From contig CATNEN010000024.1 in NCBI GenBank assembly GCA_950097015.1, positions 2,480,001-2,544,000 of the forward strand: 64,000 nucleotides of DNA, read 5' to 3'. Made by a program: the position numbers and the translations under genes. Below are positions 34,241-47,618 of this stretch, in pieces. The notes beneath the pieces are model-generated. The model saw only the letters and a program-made list of their open reading frames with translations, had not been told where the DNA came from and ran no database searches. This DNA comes from Macrostomum hystrix. Its lineage: Eukaryota; Animalia; Platyhelminthes. The first letter of the stretch is position 1, and the number at the start of each line of letters is the position of its first letter.

Positions 34241-35510
34241 CCCCCAAGTTCATTGCTTGTTCTTATAGGCTTTGGTCTATAATGTCTCGATGGTTGGCAA
34301 TGCAGCCTGTACCTGCTGCTGGATGAGAACTTTCTAGTACTAACATCTGAGCAGGTAGCTGAGCAGCCTCTTTTCTGAGCATTTAGCTTTATCTAGATCT
34401 CTTTCTGATCAGCTGCTTAGTTACAAGCATCAGTGTGCTTAAATCTGAGAGATGCTTCAACATGCTGCAGTTTTGATAAGATAAAAACCTAATGGGTTAA
34501 TAAGGCAAAGTAAAATTTTAGCAATAAGTGTTGTCCATTTCCTCAAATCATCTATAAAGGTTGTTAGCAAGGGCAACAGCAATTATTAGCAGCCAAAATG
34601 TTATAGCCAAAATTCCTGTTGGCGGTAACCTGACACCTAAGAAAATGTATAAAGCTTAGAAGATATAAAGATTTAAGAGCATAGCTAGTCTGAATTCAGT
34701 GAATAGCTACAACAGAATATAAATATGCCTGGGCCTACCTATTAGATAAGCTAAGCTTAAGCAATTAAGCTAATTTTCACTTTATCCTAACTTACCTTAC
34801 TTAGTCATGAACAATCCCAAACATCATTCCCTGACAAGACAGCTAAACAATTCCAGGCAATCCTCTAGTTTCTCACATTTACTTTTTAACTCAAATTTAG
34901 TTAATAAATTTTTTTAATACTTCTTTATACTAAAATATTTAAAATATGATTAACAACCAACAAGCTACTCAGTCACACTTGGATGGCATAATAGTGTGCC
35001 ACCCAGAAACTAATGTTGCTAACAGGTAACAAGGCCCGGCAAGCTATCAGCCAACAAGGAAAGAATTACCTCATCTTTCCCTCCTAGTCCCTCCTGCCCA
35101 TTTTCCTTATCTCTCTCTTTAGTTTTGGTCATAGACAAAGCCATGCACTGCCACATCAAACAAAAACTAGCTTGTGTTAAAGTACAAGTATTAGCTTATG
35201 GAGTGCTGAACTATAGCAAGAAAGTTATTATATTTTGTAAAAAATTAAAGGCCTGAAACTATACTTAGCAGATTGCCCACTTCGATATTATAATTTATAT
35301 TAGTAAACATAAAAGCCAAATCAGACAAGTTAATCCTAGGCTTAGTTTTGAACTTATGTAATCTATCTAAGTGAATAAAAACACTTTAAATTAGGCCTAA
35401 TTAGCTGATAAATCTCACTTGAAAATAATTATGAAAATTTATGACAAAATAGCCAGGTTATTTCTACACTAGGCCTACAGCTGTTCTTTTCCTTGAGCTC
35501 ATATATTGTT

Positions 35511-37106
35511 GGGTGCTGGTCATTTCGTCAACTGCCAGTTCGTCAACTTGGTTGATGAATTGACCAACATTTTAAGGTGGTCTCACTTGCAGTTGACGAA
35601 ATGACCAAGGTTTTAGATTGCTTCATCAGTCAGTTGACAAAATGACCTGAGAATGTTAGTTACTTCGTCAACTGGCTAGCTACAGTTTGCAAATGTCATA
35701 ACATGTACATAACATTACCTTTGTTATCATTACTTATTATCCGGAACGTTCTCAATCCATCTTTGCCACCCCCCTAAACTGACAACGTGCCCTGTCTCTG
35801 TAGCTTGAACCAGGGCCCCTCACGCTGACACCTGTTCTCTTAAGCTGACAATGTGCACCCTGTCTCTGTAACTTGAACCAGGGCCCCTCGTGCTGACACC
35901 TGTTCTCTTAAGCTGACAATGTGCACCGTCTCTTTTACTTAAACCAGCGCCCCTCACGTTGACACATGTTCTCTCAATCTCTCAATGCGAATTAGCACCT
36001 TGTCTTAATCCTCAACTATCATGTCTCAACAACCCCACCAGCCAAACCAATCTGAAATACTTTAAACCTGACACTGCAACCTCCTCAAACACTATATAAT
36101 GGAGTAGGGTTTCAGGAGGGCCACTCAGTTTTTTATGTCTTGGTAATGGACACTGATAAGTGTATTCAGTGCTCAGAGACTGTGTGGCCACATCAACAGG
36201 CCATACAGTGCGATTCGTGCCAAAAGTGGCAACATCAAACTTGTAGGACTAGAATCTCACAAGCAGAGTACAGGCAGCTTATGCAGCAGGACGTGTTTGC
36301 ATGGTCGTGTGCCACTTGTCAGGCAAGACCAGCGGCGGAGCCAGCAACAGAGCCAGCATTGGAGGTTGAGGGCTGGCACCAGAGACTCAAGCAGTGGGCC
36401 AAGAGAGTGCAGTTGACACTCTACCCACTTCTGCACCTGCTGCACATGGAGGCCAAGCTTGTGCCAGTGCATCCGGCGCTGGTGCACCAGGGTGCTTAGG
36501 AGTGCCAGCACAGAGCACGGTATGAGCATCTGCAGACGAGTGTGGAGCGGTACTGGGCACAGTACCGCACTGGTGAGTTGTCAATCCGTGCATTCCTGCT
36601 CCGGTGCTCGTGCCTTGGCCACATTCCCCAGTTTGCGTACAGACAGCGGCAACAGGTGCAGCAGTAGCAGCAGGACTAGTATGTACATAAGTGGATAAGT
36701 GTACTGTACATTCTGCGCATGTCTTCAGCTTTATATTTGATTGTGACCTTTGTGGTGGCCATTGTGATCTTTGTGATTTTGTGCAATGCATTTTTCTTTT
36801 TTTACTATACAAACTGCATCTTTGTGGCAGTAACTCCGCCATTGTCTGGTCCCAAGCCCAGAATGAGAAAGGAGGAGGGCTGCATTGAATAAACATGCAA
36901 CGGAAGGGAAAAAAATTTCATGTGGGGCATGTATTATTGGCAGTTGACGAAGTGACCAAAAGTTGACATTGTCCCATTGAACAGTTGACGAAATAACCAA
37001 GCTTTGAAAGTATCCTATTGGTTGGTTGACGAAACGACCAATACGGGGAATGGGTTGACGATGTGTCCAGTTGACGAAATGGCAGTTGACGAAATGACTA
37101 GGATCC
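35511..37106 (+). mobile_element. Internally deleted Mutator-like (MULE) DNA transposon
   Basis: TIRs: left gggtgctggtcatttcgtcaactgccagttcgtcaact; right end reverse-complemented ggatcctagtcatttcgtcaactgccatttcgtcaact. Subterminal gttgacgaa arrays; flanks atattgtt / atattgta (8-bp TSD, 1 mismatch). Confidence 0.85.
36146..36667 (+). pseudogene. PHD finger fused to a MULE transposase C-terminal remnant, in-frame stop at 36497
   Basis: C4HC3 PHD: CIQC..IQCDSCQKWQHQTC..WSCATC; then EGWHQRL..LYPLLHLLHME and, past the TAG, RYEHLQ..YWAQYRTGELSIRAFLLRCS, typical of animal MULE transposase C-termini. The DDE core is absent. Confidence 0.75.
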
Positions 37107-39069
37107 ATATTGTAACTGTTATTGTACTCACATTACTCATATATTGTAACCTAGACAGAGTCACAGAAGTGAAAAAAGGACGACTATAAATGGTTTAAAA
37201 AATAGGGAAACTTTTCTGCTTAACTAAGGCAAGGCAAGCTAGGCCATTGGTATTGTACTGTACAATTTGTACATCGTACACTAAAATTAATCGTAGAGAT
37301 TAATTTTCATTACAACTGCTGAGCATGGAATGGCAAAGAAAACATAATACATGGTGCATCGATCGCGATTCGCGATGTGCTAATTATGCAATCTTGCGCG
37401 ATAAAGAAGGCCTCTAATGTTGAAACTAATTGAAAAGAAAAACGAATTGAATTGATTCGACTAATAGTGCCTCGCACGCACCGCGCGCACGCATACATTC
37501 ATACATCCGTTTAAATTCAATCCTTTCATTTTAAAATGATGAAATACGAGACACTCCTTATTTTTTATATGTATACAAACTATATTATTCACGGTATTTA
37601 AATATATATATTCGGAAATTGTTTTACAAGAAAATTTTATATAGGAGCTGTTAATATACAGTTGTTATTATCCTGCCTTTCTGTAAACGCGTGGGTTTAA
37701 CTTCTCCTATTTACGCGAAACAGCGCGGTCATTGGGAAAAAGTTACAGCTTCATAAGCATCTTATGTGAGGCTTACTGAAGATGATGTTTCAAAGGCAAC
37801 GGAACATCATGTTTCCCGAAAATTCTCAAACTTATTGATACAGTAGAATGCCTTAATATGCGGAATGGACTACCGAATGGCGACGATTTATTTAAGGTAT
37901 TAATCTTAAGTTAGAATACCTGTGCATGTTTGGTGCAAATTCAGGTGCAGAAGAAATTTGCTAATTAAGTTTCATTATTACCCGTTTTGGCTTTTAAGGT
38001 AAATCGACTGAATAAAATAAAATTTTATTAAGAAGAGGCTTAAGCTTACTTGTTACAATGCCAGACTCACAAATTGAAAGTCATGTATTCTTTTACTGAC
38101 TGCTCTGAAACAATTATTTTCTTTTATGAATACACTTAACTCTATATTGTCTCAGTTCAACCAGCTCTTAAATGTGTACCAGAATTAACTGGGTAACTAA
38201 TCATTGTGTGGCATCCCCCAGTCCATGGACTGAACAGCCATGCAGCAGCCTTGACTGTGCTGTCGGCCGGCTTCACATCTGGCCTAATTGTGGCAGGTAT
38301 ATTCTTATATCTAGTTTGTTAAATTATTATATAGGCTTATATTAAAAAGTTATTCAAATAAAGTATACACATGGAAATCACTCTGTTGCCTCAAATTGCC
38401 TTAGGCCTAAATGCATACAATTTTTAGTCCATACAAAAAAAATAAATTTTAGTATATTTTTGCTCTATTATCATGATAGTGATACTGATAATAACTATAT
38501 CATATCAGTTAAAACATTATATTATATTTTACTATTCTACTATATACCAAACAAATTTATAGCTAGACTTTTTACACACACTGTATTATGGAGCCCTGCA
38601 TGCTTAGGAATGTCTTATAACTGTTATAAAATAAACCATAAAAATAAGAAGGAATGCTTGCCCTATCCGATTTTGTAATTTGAGTTTAGAGCCTAAGTCT
38701 ATGAATATCTATGAAGATCTAATTCTAAGCTAAATTATCTACTTTAGTGTCACTATTAATAAGGCTTGCAGAAATTTTCTATTGAGTACAAGCTTGTCCC
38801 TTAAAAAGACATAAAAGCAAATAAATATACATATAGGCCTAACATAACTTAAAAGTTCTTTCATGGAAGTCTTCTTGAAATTATTTATGAATGTATTTAT
38901 TCTATGATTTTAGAGCCTAAATTGTGGTCCTGAAATCTTATAATTGTAGTATGTTTTTATTTATATTTCATTTTAATTACCCCAATCTTATTTTTCAGCA
39001 CAGTAATTTATAAAGTCCATTTAGATTTCACTGATGCTTCAATATATGGCATGAGCATCAAGTGCAGTG

Positions 39070-42000
39070 ATGGCTTCTTTGATTGACGAGTTGGGTCGCA
39101 GGCGGGTTATTCACATTCAAGTGATTAGATTTGACTTGTCTGAGGGCTATGCTGTAAGTTTTCAGATTTGTACTTGTTACTTGTACAGACTTGTATTTTG
39201 TTAAGAATCAAATAAACTAAATAGTCTGCTATCTTTCCAACAATTTTAGAACTATGAGATCGAGATTCGCATTGCAGATGTGCATTGGCACGTTCGTCGA
39301 AGATACAGCGAATTTTTCACTCTGCATCAGATAGTGAGTCTAGAAAAATGATCCCCATTTTATTTCTCTTTTTAACGAAGATTTCTGTTAGACTACTGCC
39401 CCCAAATCCCCAGTACTCTACTGCCCCCAAATCCCCAGTACTCTACTGCCCCCAAATCCCCAGTACTCTACTGCCCCCAAATCCCCAGTACTCAACTGCC
39501 CCCAAATCCCCAGTACTCTACTGCCCCCAAATCCCCAGTACTCTACTGCCCCCAAATCTCCAGAAGCTTAGTGCCTCTCTAAATACCAAGTAGATTACTG
39601 CCTCACCGAATCCCAAGTAGATTAGTGCCTCTCTAAATCCCAAGTAGATTAGTGCTTCTCTAAATCCCAAGTAGATTAGTGCCTCTCTAAATCCCAAGTA
39701 GATTAGTGCCTCTCTAAATCCCAAGTAGATTAGTGCCTCTCTAAATCCCAAGTAGATTAGTGCCTCTCTAAATCCCAAGTAGATTAGTGCCTCTCTAAAT
39801 CCCAAGTAGATTAGTGCTTCTCTAAATCCCAAGTAGATTAGTGCCTCTCAAAATCCCAAGTAGATTAGTGCCTCTCAAAATCCCAAGTAGATTAGTGCCT
39901 CTCCAAATCCCAAGTAGATTAGTGCCTCTCTAAATCCCAAGTAGATTAGTGCTTCTCTAAATCCCAAGTAGATTAGTGCCTCTCTAAATCCCAAGTAGAT
40001 TAGTGCTTCTCTAAATCCCAAGTAGATTAGTGCCTCTCTAAATCCCAAGTAGAATTGTGCCTCTCCGAATCCCAAGTGGATTAGTGCCTCTCATAATCCC
40101 AAGTAGATTAGTGCTTCTCTAAATCCCAAGTAGATTAGTGCCTCTCTAAATCCCAAGTAGATTAGTGCTTCTCTAAATCCCAAGTAGATTAGTGCCTCTC
40201 TAAATCCCAAGTAGAATTGTGCCTCTCCGAATCCCAAGTGGATTAGTGCCTCTCATAATCCCAAGTAGATTAGTGCCTCTCTAAATCCCAAGTAGATTAG
40301 TGCCTCTCTAAATCCCAAGTAGATTAGTGCCTCTCTAAATCCCAAGTAGATTAGTGCCTCTCTAAATCCCAAGTAGATTAGTGCCTCTCCAAATCCCAAG
40401 TGGATTAGTGCCTCTCCAAATCCCAAGTAGATTAGTGCCTCTCTAAATCCCAAGTAGATTAGTGCCTCTCCGAATCCCAAGTAGATTAGTGCCTCTCTAA
40501 ATCCCAAGTAGATTAGTGCCTCTCCGAATCCCAAGTAGATTAGTGCCTCTCTAAATCCCAAGTAGATTAGTGCCTCTCTAAATCCCAAGTAGATTAGTGC
40601 CTCTCTAAATCCCAAGTAGATTAGTGCCTCTCCAAATCCCAAGTAGATTAGTGCCTCTCCAAATCCCAAGTAGATTAGTGCCTCTCTAAATCCCAAGTAG
40701 ATTAGTGCCTCTCTAAATCCCAAGTAGATTAGTGCCTCTCCAAATCCCAAGTAGATTAGTGCCTCTCCAAATCCCAAGTAGATTAGTGCCTCTCCAAATC
40801 CCAAGTAGATTAGTGCCTCTCTAAATCCCAAGTAGATTAGTGCCTCTCTAAATCCCAAGTAGATTACCGCAAAGTTTTTTATAAAAATGTTTGCAGTTAT
40901 CCAATGAGCACGCATTTGAAATGCGCCACCTGTCTGCCAAGCTGCCGGCAAAGAAAGCGTCCTTCGTCGGTGGCGCGTCAGTTCGACTGGCCGAGGCGCG
41001 ACAGAAAGCTTTGACAGCCTATCTGCAGTGCCTAGTGGGCGCGTTTGACTGTTTGCCAGCGATTCTGGCCAAGTTTTTACTGTGGGACAAATATGTAAGC
41101 CGGTGTTAGTGTGTACTGTTTTGGGGTTAACACCTACCAGACTACATAGTAATGAGAGTAGCTATAAACTTGAAATAGGTTTCGTCAAAGAAGGACCTAT
41201 TCAAACACTTACGTGCATTAATTATACAATTCGTTCAGGAAGTGCAGGGCATCACGGCTAGTCTAGCTGAGCACATATTCGAGAAGGGCTCCTATTGGCT
41301 GTCCAGTCGACACACTTTCGAGTTCTCTGTAGTGCAAATTTACGCCATCAATCGTCGACTAGAGATTGCCGTGCCTACTTGCCGTGAGTTATTGTTTCTT
41401 AAAGCTTGTTGCAAGTGTAATAATTATTTTTTGACACTAGTCTTTTTAATGCAACTTTTTAATTGTAAGATTCTCTGAAAATAGTCTAAGTACTCGTAGA
41501 TCAAAAGAAGTAATGTTCAAATTATAGATTCGAGCGGCGATAACCTCGAGTTTGGATTTTTTTTATTCTTACTGAGTGTCAATTTCTCACTACTCAGTAA
41601 AAATGAAAAAACCAACACTCAAGGCTATCGCATCTGTGCTAGAGTTCTGGGCATCTGTGATGGATGCTGGGAGTCTGTGATTGATGCTGGGAGTCTGTCA
41701 TGGATGCTGGGAGTCTGTCATGGATGCTGGGAGTCTGTGATTGATGCTGGGAGTCTGTGATGGATGCTGGGAGTCTGTCATGGATGCTGGGAGTCTGTGA
41801 TGGATGCTGGGAGTCTGTGATGGATGCTGGGAGTCTGTGATGGATGCTGGGAGTCTGTGATGGATGCTGAAAGGCTGTGATTAATGCTGGGAGTCTGTGA
41901 TGGATGCTGGGAGTCTGTGATGGATGCTGGGAGTCTGTGATGGATGCTGAAAGGCTGTGATTAATGCTGGGAGTCTGTGATGGATGCTGGGAGTCTGTGA

Positions 42001-45000
42001 TGGATGCTAGGAGTCTGTCATGGATGCTGGGAGTCTGTCATGGATGCTGGGAGTCTGTGATGGATGCTGGGAGTTTGTCATGGATGCTGGGAGTCTGTGA
42101 TTGATGCTGGGAGTCTGTGATGGATGCTGGCAGTCTGTGATGGATGCTGGGAGTCTGTGATGGATGCTGGGAGTCTGTGATTGATGCTGGGAGTCGTGAT
42201 GGATGCTGGGCGTATAGAGAGCTAAATGCTAGGTAGAGAAGCCCATGAACTAAAGCTTATATACATTTGAACAGTATTTTTTATGTTTACGTTTAATTCG
42301 TGGCTATTGATAATTGCAAAAATGAGGGGCTCATATTTGCTAGTCTACTATACTAACTAAAGCGAATTCCTGTAAAATCGCCATTCTGACAGAACCCGGC
42401 AGCAGCTTCCGGTCAGATTTTGGCCATCTATTAGAATTCGTTGCCAGATTAGAAGTGGCTGGCATATACGGCAGTCCATGCGGCCAGTACGGCAGCAGCA
42501 GCTTGCCAGTTGACAGACTGCCAGTCAATCTGTCACCATTCCGCAGTCTGCGCCGCCTCCAGCTCACCTGGATCCGGCCCGGCCAGGTGACCGGCTTAGA
42601 CCGGCTGCTCCTCACTGACCTGCTACTGCGCAGATGCTCACCTGACAGCGAATCAGAAAGCTGGACAGATGCCGAGCTGAAAATGTTATTGAATCAGCTG
42701 CCTTCAGCGTTGGAAAGATTCACTGCCGAATCCGTGGCTAGAGTCAGACTAGAACGCCTCTTGGGACCAGATCGAGCCGCTAAGTTGGAGCTCAATGGCT
42801 GTAGACCGCCAGTACATGAGAATGAACAATTATTTACTATACCAACTAGTCGGTCAAGAACGGAATTGTCGCAAACTGTTATTGACAGTCCACGTAGTCG
42901 TAAAAGTTTATCGCCAATAACCTTTTCTGCTAGCGGTGAGTCTTTTTATGTACTAAACTTTCCTTGATTTACTAGTGGACATGACAAGCGAAGCGACGGA
43001 TAAAAGTGATAAGTAGAGTGATGGATAAGAGTGACAAGTAGAGTGATGGATAAGAGTGACAAGTAGAGTGATGGATAAGAGTGACAAGTAGAGTGATGGA
43101 TAAGAGTGACAAGTATAGTGACGGATAAGAGTGACAAGTAGAGTGACGGATAAGAATGACAAGAAGAGTGACGGATAAGAGTGACAAGTAGAGTGACGGA
43201 TAAGAGATTACCCACGGAAAGAGTTTCACTCCATCAACTCCTCAGGCAGTTTGGCGGGCAATACTCCAGTCGCGAACTCGCCGGCAAACGCCACAGCGTC
43301 AGTGCCAGCAAGTGAGCATTTTCCCTCTGCCGCTGGTTTAATAGAGCCAGAACTGGCCCCGTTCGCCAGCGGTCAACACCTGACTTCAGTCGCCTTCAGC
43401 TCGGATGTCCTGTCGCTTGTCGCCTGTCGACTATTAACCGACGCCACAGCTGACCCAGTTGAAGATGAAGACGAAGCTTCCAGCCACCTGGCCAGCCTGA
43501 CCGCCTCTGGCCGACTCCATCTGGACGGCGCCGACTGCGGACCGGTCGTGAGCCTGGCACTGGGTCCCGGAGATGCCTGTCTGACTATGCGGCTCGACGA
43601 CAACTGCCGCCGGGTCCCCAGCCACCGCCACAGCTCCTGCCGTTGCCTGGTACTGGGGCCGCGCCTCGCTTGCCAGTGGGCAGCTGCTCTCCCGCATCGT
43701 CCAGCGCGTCGCCTGACCGCCAGTCGAGCGATGCGTTGCTTTGGCATCAAGGGCCGGGCCAGATTCTACTCGCTGGGGCTCCTGCTGACCGGAGTGCACC
43801 AGCTGGTTAGCCTGCTGGTTACTGACCATCTGCTGCTGCTCATTGACGAGACCGCCAGCCTGGCCGACGGTGTTGGATTGCCGCCGCTGTCTATGGCCGA
43901 AATTGGAGACGAAGTCACCAGCGTTAATGGCGAAACTAGTGAATTTCGAGGTGGTTCTACTGGTGATGTACTTTTCTCCGAAAATCGTCCAATCGGAACG
44001 GAGATGAGCGCCAATGATCAGCAAACAGGTGTTCATATTGATGGTAGTTATCTAGAAGCAGGCGGTGATATTGATGAACCACCAGCAAGTGTTGCGACTG
44101 ATGTTCAAGATCAACGCCAAGATAAAGAATGCAGTGTTAGTATTGATAGCCAGGGTCAAAAGTTGAGTAGTGAGATTGATTGTCTAGATCAAAAAGTGTA
44201 TCGCCAGATAGTTAGCACCGATCAACAGGAAGCGACCCGTGTGATTGATTGTCAAGATGAGCAACTGACTCATGCCATTGATTGCAACATTCAACAAGCA
44301 GATGGCGAGATTGATCAGAAAGCGAGTAATGAGATTGATCATCAAGCGAGTGGTGAGACTGATCATCAAGCGAGTGGTGAGATTGAACATCAAGCGAGTG
44401 GTGAGATTGAACATCAAGCGAGTGGTGAGATTGAACATCAAGCGAGTGGTGAGATTGATCATCAAGCGAGCGGTGAGATTGAACATCAAGCGAGTAATGA
44501 GATTGATCATCAAGCGAGCGGTGAGACTGATCATCAAGCGAGTAATGAGATTGATCATCAAGCGAGTGGTGAGACTGATCATCAAGCGAGTAATGAGACT
44601 GATCATCAAGCGAGTGGTGAGATTGAACATCAAGCGAGTGGTGAGACTGATCATCAAGCGAGTAATGAGATTGATCATCAAGCGAGCGGTGAGATTGAAC
44701 ATCAAGCGAGTGGTGATATTGATCATCAAGCGAGCGGTGAGATTGATCAACAAGCGAGTGGTGAGATTGATCAACAAGCGAGTGGTGAGACTGATCATCA
44801 AGCGAGTTATCAACAAGCGAGTGGTGAGATTCATCATCAAGCAAGCGGTGAGATTGATCATCAAGCGAGTGGCGAGATTGATCATCAAGCGAGTGGTGAG
44901 ATTGATCATCAAGCGAGTGGTGAGATTGATCATCAAGCGAGCGGTGAGATTGATCATCAAGCGAGTAATGAGATTGATCATCAAGCGAGCGGTGAGATTG

Positions 45001-47618
45001 ATCATCAAGCGAGTAATGAGACTGATCATCAAGCGAGTGGTGAGATTGATCATCAAGCGAGCGGTGAGATTGATCAACAAGCGAGTGGTGAGACTGATCA
45101 TCAAGCGAGTGATCAACAAGCGAGTGGTGAGACTGATCATCAAGCGAGTGATCAACAAGCGAGTGGTGAGACTGATCATCAAGCGAGTGATCAACAAGCG
45201 AGTGGTGAGACTGATCATCAAGCGAGTGATCAACAAGCGAGTGGTGAGACTGATCATCAAGTGAGTGATCATCAAGCGAGTGGTGAGACTGATCATCAAG
45301 CGAGTGGTGAGACTGATCATCAAGCGAGTGATCAACAAGCGAGTGGTGAGACTGATCATCAAGCGAGTGATCATCAAGCGAGTGGTGAGACTGATCATCA
45401 AGCGAGTGATCAACAAGCGAGTGGTGAGATTGATCATCAAGCGAGCGGTGAGATTGATCATCAAGCGAGTGGTGAGACTGATCATCAAGCGAGTGGTGAG
45501 ACTGATCATCAAGCGAGTGATCAACAAGCGAGTGGTGAGACTGATCATCAAGCGAGTGATCATCAAGCGAGTGGTGAGACTGATCATCAAGCGAGTGATC
45601 AACAAGCGAGTGGTGAGATTGATCATCAAGCGAGTGGTGAGATTGATCATCAAGCGAGTGGTGAGATTGATCATCAAGCGAGTGGTGAGACTGATCATCA
45701 AGCGAGTGATCATCAAGCGAGTGGCGAGATTGATCATCAAGCGAGTGGCGAGATTGATCATCAAGCGAGTGGTGAGACTGATCATCAAGCGAGTGATCAA
45801 CAAGCGAGTGGTGAGACTGATCATCAAGCGAGTGATCAACAAGCGAGTGGTGAGACTGATCATCAAGCGAGTGATCAACAAGCGAGTGGTGAGACTGATC
45901 ATCAAGCGAGTGATCAACAAGCGAGTGGTGAGACTGATCATCAAGCGAGTGATCAACAAGCGAGTGGTGAGACTGATCATCAAGCGAGTGATCAACAAGC
46001 GAGTGGTGAGACTGATCATCAAGCGAGTGATCAACAAGCGAGTGGTGAGACTGATCATCAAGCGAGCCATGAGATTGATCATCAAGCGAGTCGTGAGATT
46101 GATCATCAAAGTAATGATGGAATTGACAGCCAAGATCAGATAGCATGTGCTCAACCATCCTGCTCACCTGAACAAAAGCGTCAACTGGCTTCAGCACTGA
46201 TTAATGCAGAGGGTATTAGTGGGACCAATGCGGGTTCGCACTGTTCAGAATTGACGGCAAACAGAGACTCAACTGCCGTCATAAAAGACCCCAACGTGAG
46301 TGCTGATATGGTCCTATCCATGTCGTATGACATTGACCGTGGTATTCCCGAAGAGCAGGACGAAGGCAATGTCAGCGGTATCAGAGCTACGTACCGGGCC
46401 AGCCTATTGAGCAGTTTTCACCTATCTGCAATTCTTCAAGCCGAAGCTACAGACGTCGCTGAAGCGGTTGGCGGCGCGGACTGTCACGGAGTTCGGCTGC
46501 AGCTAGCCGGAGAGCTGGCCTTCCCCAGCATCCTGCTCGGCCTACCCTGTCCGCTGCTTCGGCATCGCCTTCTGGAGGCGCTCTGTGTTGCTGAGGCCGG
46601 TCTAAAAACTGAGCCAGAGACACGTGAAGGAGCAGAAGCGAATGTGCCAGCGAAGAGCAATGCTACACCACAGGCAGAAGTCGGTACAGTGCAACCAGCG
46701 GCAGTGAAATTCTCGTGTCCAGTTGTTTCCTATCATCAGCCCGGAGTACAGCAAATGGCGGATGTGGCCCTAACGCACAATGGCTCTAGAATTTTAATAC
46801 GCGCCCAATCGAGCAGTGCCGTCTTGCTGGACTGCCAACCAGTTGATCTCGACTCCGTTCACGTCGGACTTTTCGGCGCCAGTCTGAGATTCGTTGGCAG
46901 CTCGGGCGATCGCAGAGCGGAGGCCCCCGACATCACGCTGCTGACGCGCGATCTGACTGTCACGGAGAGCATTGTAGACCGCTTGCGAAACTGCCACCCG
47001 GGTGGCAACGAACAGGCAAACTCGACGCTAGACGATGATTTCGACACCGATGACCCGTCGCGATTGTTCTATTCGGCGATGCGCCGCGGCAGTTTCCGCT
47101 GTCCTGGCGGCCGGCCGGTTGTGCACTATTGGCCAGGCGAGGAACGCCTAGAACCACTGAGACTGCTCCTGACCTGCTCGGAGCTGCTGTTCTATTCGCT
47201 GCTGCCAATCACAAACGCCGAGGCGGCCGGCATCATTCAAGCCGACGAGGGCGAAGAGGCTTCGGGAGCCGTCCAGCCGCCGCTGGCCCTGGTGTTGACA
47301 GACTGCTGCGCCGCTGTGCTGTGGCACAATGTCGCTCAGTATCCGCTGCCCAGATACGCGGATCGGCCAGCGGTCTGGCCAGAATTTCGTTGCCAACGAC
47401 GCCTAGCTCTGACGGACATCTCTGGCGTATTGTTGCGCACCTTTGATCCGACTCGGCTGATGCTGCGCTGCCGCGCTGGCGGCGAAGGCCTGTCAGGAGG
47501 CGACAGCGGCGGCAGATGCGGCGAGTTGGACCTGCCACTAATCAGCTCAAAAGAGGTTGACCGATTTGTTCGGACTCTGAGCTCGCTGTTGTCTGATCTT
47601 GATGTCACTTATGTTTGA
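39070..47618 (+). CDS. NISCH: Nischarin-like PX-domain protein (~1808 aa) with a large acidic repeat
   Basis: Exons 39070-39153, 39250-39333, 40897-41094, 41239-41383, 42393-42935, 43246-47618; GT-AG, 5427 nt in frame. PX: WHVRRRYSEF..LPAKK..RQKALTAYLQ..KFL; nischarin-like EVQGITASLAEHIFEKG, QIYAI, DFGHLLEF, LSPFRSL. Confidence 0.85.
39395..40865. repeat. Intronic minisatellites: 25-bp (39395-39560) followed by 27-bp (aaatcccaagtagattagtgcctctct)
   Basis: Nischarin intron 2; source of the GFREALIYL ORFs. Confidence 0.95.
41650..42205. repeat. 20-bp intronic minisatellite (gatgctgggagtctgtgatg)
   Basis: Nischarin intron 4. Confidence 0.95.
42995..43205. repeat. 25-bp intronic minisatellite (gtgacaagtagagtgatggataaga)
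   Basis: Nischarin intron 5. Confidence 0.9.
44330..46100 (+). repeat. Coding minisatellite of 24-bp and 15-bp units (HQASGEID / HQASDQQASGETD)
   Basis: In frame within the last nischarin exon; all units are multiples of 3. Confidence 0.85.

Noticed and set aside
33938-34326. Overlapping ORFs of 60-99 aa
   Set aside because: They lie within the tRNA-derived SINE-like element.
39518-40951. (GFREALIYL)n minus-strand ORFs
   Set aside because: A 27-bp satellite in a nischarin intron, splitting the PX domain.
44184-46197. Antisense and alternate-frame 300-660-aa ORFs over the nischarin repeat
   Set aside because: Shadows of a triplet-phased repeat; only the frame continuous with nischarin has unique flanks.
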